Origin: an uncultured Planctomycetota bacterium
GTDB taxonomy: Bacteria; Planctomycetota; Planctomycetia; Isosphaerales; Isosphaeraceae
Length of the DNA stretch: 64,000 nt
Direction of reading: 5' to 3'
Assembly (NCBI GenBank): GCA_963743925.1
Contig: CAVURY010000050.1
Location: 14,358-78,357, forward strand
Position 1 is the first letter of the stretch. Every line of letters begins with the position of its first letter. The notes beneath the pieces were generated by a model. The model saw nothing but the letters and a program-made list of their open reading frames with translations, was not told the DNA's origin and searched no databases. The position numbers and the translations under genes are program-made. Shown piece by piece: positions 60,643 to 64,000 of the stretch.

Positions 60643-61620
60643 TCAATAAGCATCGGCCGAGACGATCTCTCCTCCGCTGCGGGTGCCCAGCGCCTGGAAG
60701 ATCAGGCTCGATGGCGAATAGATCGTCGAGCCATCGGGACGAACGCCCGAGTTCCGCAGGATACTCTTGAGAAACTTGACGGAACCGTCGCCGAACACGA
60801 AATTGGCTCCGCCCGGATGGAAGCTCGAGTAATCGTCGAGCCCTCCGTCGGGATCGGTGTCGGTGTTCAGGACATTGCAATGGGCCTGGACCAGGGTCGG
60901 GGCCAGGTAAAACAGGGCGCCCGTCGCGGGACAAGGGTTCATCGGCCCGCGACGGATGACTCCGCTCGTCACGACTCCCGGCCAGATCCCTTCGTTAATC
61001 GACCAGGCTCTCTCGCCGGCCAGGATCGTGTTGCTCATCCCGTCGGTGATGTCCGCGACCCGAACCCGGCTGTTGCGAAACATGACGCCGTTGCCCAATC
61101 CATCGTTGTTGAGGCCCGTGGTGGTATCCGCCTGGTCATTTCCGACGCACGCGGCATAGCTCGTCGGAGCGATCGTTGCCATCGTATTCGCATTGGCATT
61201 CGTGACCGCGAACGGCCCGGCCACTGCGGGATCGGACGGGCAGAGATAACCGGCGATCTGCGTGCGGACGCCGGTCCCATTCGAGGGATTTTCGACGGGA
61301 AGACCGACGTTGATCGAACTGTAAATCGGGGCTTGATCCAGATGCGGCAAGATCATCGACGCCCAACCCCAGCCGGGCGCCGTGTCGTCGGCTCCGTTAA
61401 TGAAGCGGCTCCGTGCGAGATAGCTCGGCGGGAACGACCCGAGCGCATCGTGGTAATCGTGCAGGGCCAGGCCCATCTGCTTCAGGTTATTCACGCACTG
61501 GATTCGCCGCGCCGCCTCCCGAGCCGATTGAACGGCCGGAAGGAGGAGCGCGATCAACACAGCAATGATCGCGATGACCACGAGGAGCTCGATCAAGGTG
61601 AATCCACGTTTCGACTTCAT
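60643..61620 (-). CDS. DUF1559 protein with prepilin-type N-terminal cleavage/methylation domain
   Basis: N-terminus [56 protein letters not shown]. The C-terminal [17 protein letters not shown] is the H-X9-DG motif. Confidence 0.9.
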   Translation of the reverse strand: MKSKRGFTLIELLVVIAIIAVLIALLLPAVQSAREAARRIQCVNNLKQMGLALHDYHDALGSFPPSYLARSRFINGADDTAPGWGWASMILPHLDQAPIYSSINVGLPVENPSNGTGVRTQIAGYLCPSDPAVAGPFAVTNANANTMATIAPTSYAACVGNDQADTTTGLNNDGLGNGVMFRNSRVRVADITDGMSNTILAGERAWSINEGIWPGVVTSGVIRRGPMNPCPATGALFYLAPTLVQAHCNVLNTDTDPDGGLDDYSSFHPGGANFVFGDGSVKFLKSILRNSGVRPDGSTIYSPSSLIFQALGTRSGGEIVSADAY

Positions 61621-61829
61621 GAGGAAAACCTCTCCAGGGCAAACTTCGGGCAAAGGGCGAGTCCACCCTTTCGCAATGCCCGTGCCCGCCCTGGAAGAAG
61701 CCGTATCTGCTTCACTGATTGAAGATTATGACTCAGTCGCGGCTGGCTCTTCATGGACATCAGGGTGAAGACATCGCCGCTAATGGCGAGGGATTGTCCA
61801 CCGTAAAAAGCCTCCCGCCGGGACGATGA

Positions 61830-62340
61830 CCTCCCAGGACCCAGGGCTCATCGCGATTCTCCAGGTATGCGTGCCGTCGGGAATGATGATCTAACCGGAG
61901 GCATCATCTGGCCGAGCTGAGGTCATGATCGAGGCATCCCTTATCCCAGCCCGTCGCGGCCCAACAGTCCCGCTGCGAGCTTGGCCATTACGATGTGCGT
62001 TACCTCGAAGGAGAGCTTGACCCGACTCATGTGGTCGGAACCCCAGGGGCGCTCAAGAAGATGATCAAGGGGATGGCGCGCTGGCCGCTGTTCCTCTCCG
62101 AGCGGGGAAGCCCGATGACCAAGTCCCCATGCGCCAAGCTGATAGAGCGGGCCGGGAGGCTGGCGGGCTTGGAATTGTAAGGTCCGCGCATACATGCTAC
62201 GGCACGCTTGCGGGTGCGAGCCGGCCAAGCAGGGGCGGGCCATTCAGTCCATCTAGGACTACCTCGGACGCAGAAATATTGAGCACACGTTCGAGTAGAC
62301 CAAAGTCGCCTCGGGCCGCTTCGAAGGGTTCTTGAGGACT
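61830..62340 (+). pseudogene. Degraded tyrosine recombinase/integrase (FimB/XerC-like)
   Basis: The pieces lie in several frames: ...LFLSERGSPMTKSPCAKLIERAGRLAGLEL* / KVRAYMLRHACGCEPAKQGRAIQSI*DYLGRRNIEHTFE*TKVASGRFEGF. The box II pattern HxLRHxxG...LGH..I..T..Y is recognisable. The catalytic Tyr codon is replaced by TAG, and there are extra stops, a frameshift and a small deletion. The left boundary is approximate. Confidence 0.65.
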
Positions 62341-62463
62341 GAGGTTGCGTCCCTACATCACGTGCAAATGGGTTGGGTGCACCCATTGATCCCGGGATAT
62401 CCCGGGGATATACTAAAACCGTGGAGGCCGGCGGTGCGGCGTCGTGCAGCTCGAGAGGGGCCG

Positions 62464-63374
62464 ATGACGACCGAGGATGCGGACGAGACCGTGATCGCCG
62501 CGGGGAGGCTGTTTCTCGCGGACGGGATCGAAGAACATGTCGTCTGGGCCGAGCGGATATCCCCCCGCATCCAACAGTTCCCCGAGAACGTCCGGAGTAT
62601 CTGCGAGTACGGTTTCACCGAGATCCTGAACAATGCGATCGACCATTCCGAGGGGACTTTCGTCGATTTCAGGGCCACGCTGATCGGTGAGAGTAATATC
62701 CGTTTTTTCATCGGCGACGATGGCATCGGGATCTTCGAAAAGATCAAGTCGCACTTTGGCCTGGAAGACCATCGGCGGGCGATCCTGGAACTCTCGAAGG
62801 GAAAATTAACGACCGACGAGACGAGGCACAGCGGGGAGGGCATTTTCTTCACGTCGCGAACATTCGATTCATGGTGATCGCCAATGAGCTGACGTTCACC
62901 CACACGCTTGCGCACGGCGATTGGCTCATCGGGCCGGATACCAGGGAGGTCCCCCTGCACGAAACGTTGCTCTCCGGGACCACGGTCCTGATGGAGCTCT
63001 CCCTGGATTCCGGTAGGACAATGAAGGAGGTCTACGACATGTTTGCGAATCCCGAGCTCGACGACTATTCGTTCTCGAAGACTCACGTTCCCCTGACGCT
63101 GGCAAAATTGGGGTCGGGGCCATTGACGTCCCGCTCGGTGGCCAAGAGGGTCCTCTCCCGGGTCGAGGGTTTCAGGGAGGTGCTGCTCGACTTCTCGGGC
63201 ATCGATTGGATCGGCCAGGGGTTCGCCGACGAGATATTCCGCGTCTTCCAGCGGGCCCATCCCGACGTCAAGATCATCGCCCTTTACGCTAACGACGCGG
63301 TCCGGCAGATGATCAACCGCGCCTTATCGCATGATGCCGACCATGCGGGCGATGGCCATAAGGCGGAGGCTTGA
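62464..63374 (+). pseudogene. GHKL-type ATPase fused to a STAS-like (DUF4325-type) domain, split by one frameshift near 62868-62871
   Basis: The first part reads MTTEDADE...EILNNAIDHSEG...FFIGDDGIGIFEKI...TRHSGEGIFFTSRTFDSW* (Bergerat-fold N, G1 and G2 boxes). It continues in the next frame as MVIANELTF...EVLLDFSGIDWIGQGFADEIFRVFQRAHPDVKI. One extra T would restore one ~300-aa protein. Confidence 0.65.
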
Positions 63375-63377
63375 ATC

Positions 63378-63599
63378 ATGCCCGAGGCCAAGCCCCACGC
63401 CCGCAACACGGAACGGGTCCTGATCTCGCTCTTGCCCGACGACCTGCTCGCCCTAGATGCTATCGCTGCGGAGATCGCCGAGCCCGGAATGGTGCCCAAT
63501 CGATCGGCCGCCGTCCGCGAGATGATCCGCGACCGCATGGCGGTCAAATCGGGGCTCGCCCCGGGCCGACGCAAGCCGGGCGCGCGGACCGGCCGATAA
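63378..63599 (+). CDS. Ribbon-helix-helix (CopG/Arc-like) DNA-binding protein
   Basis: The pattern ERVLISLLPDDLLALDAIAAEI...NRSAAVREMIRDRM fits a beta-strand/helix/helix fold. Starts 4 nt after the upstream stop. Confidence 0.55.
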   Translation: MPEAKPHARNTERVLISLLPDDLLALDAIAAEIAEPGMVPNRSAAVREMIRDRMAVKSGLAPGRRKPGARTGR

Positions 63600-63703
63600 G
63601 ATCGTTGACCGATCCGATGCCGCGCCTCGTACATCTCCGGGCGTTGTCGCTCCGGGGCCCTTTCGGCGCGGAAAACCCCAACACACGAGCGGACAGAGCA
63701 CCG

Positions 63704-64000
63704 GTGACAAGCAACCCCGAAGGTAGAGGTGCGGAAACCCCACGAGGGTCATCGAACGGAGTTAGCGAATCGGGCATCCCCTCGAGCCTGAATCGCTATC
63801 CTGGCCGGGGTGGCCGCCGTTATGCGCTCGTCATCGTGCTTTTGGTAATCCTCGTGCCATCAACCGTCGCCGCCTGGCGGTGGTTCCGGTGGACGAGGAC
63901 CGACGTTTACCAGTTCCAGCGCGTCGACGCCGAGGCATCGGCATTGATCCCTGAATTGCAAGGATGGGATGGGACCGACCGCTGGATCGCGCCTGACGGC
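63704..64000 (+). CDS. N-terminal part of a membrane-anchored protein, continuing beyond the right window edge
   Basis: My translation shows an open frame to the edge: ...RYPGRGGRRYALVIVLLVILVPSTVAAWRWFRWTRTDVYQFQRVDAEASALIPELQGWDGTDRWIAPDG. The GTG start at 63704 is a guess. Confidence 0.3.
   Translation, partial: MTSNPEGRGAETPRGSSNGVSESGIPSSLNRYPGRGGRRYALVIVLLVILVPSTVAAWRWFRWTRTDVYQFQRVDAEASALIPELQGWDGTDRWIAPDG

Overview
High-GC chromosomal segment with the hallmark gene families of Planctomycetota. These are two DUF1559 prepilin-like proteins, a DUF1501 + PSD1 (PSCyt/DUF1549/DUF1553) pair, giant secreted proteins with Arg-rich N-termini ending in an LE-x-R-x-L motif, and characteristic intergenic hairpins. 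Lineage assignment is inference only.

Gene content, left to right:
- ettA (truncated at the window edge), tRNA-Met(CAT), a small membrane protein, and the DUF1501/PSD1 pair.
- A HAF-repeat protein, then a tight four-gene operon: a CRTAC1-like FG-GAP/UnbV protein, two TM-TPR proteins and a TPR-heptahaem cytochrome c. Two more TM-TPR paralogs flank it.
- DUF1559 plus a lipoprotein, then a lower-GC non-coding stretch holding a decayed group II intron maturase remnant.
- Three polytopic GT-C-like membrane proteins: one TMTC/PMT-like with TPR, and two YfhO-like.
- A CzcA/CusA-type RND pump with its adaptor, then tRNA-Ala(CGC).
- Housekeeping and metabolic genes: a GH beta-propeller, SIS, SDR, RidA, aguB, TetR, csrA, DUF3303, ltaE, nfi and a 2OG-oxygenase.
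- A probable operon of matrixin-Ig adhesin, PPC/Ig giant protein, Ser/Thr kinase-TPR and HD-GYP.
- katE and a short RRF homolog.
- A translationally coupled pair of RlaP/PF10127-like nucleotidyltransferases.
- A second DUF1559 gene, then an island remnant: tyrosine-recombinase pseudogene, GHKL-ATPase/STAS-like gene and an RHH protein.

No rRNA or CRISPR array was seen.

At least six otherwise intact genes are broken by single-base frameshifts at short homopolymers. This looks more like assembly indel error than real decay.

The best candidates for undescribed biology are the CRTAC1/TPR/multihaem operon, the shared N-terminal motif on secreted proteins, the nucleotidyltransferase pair and the GT-C cluster.
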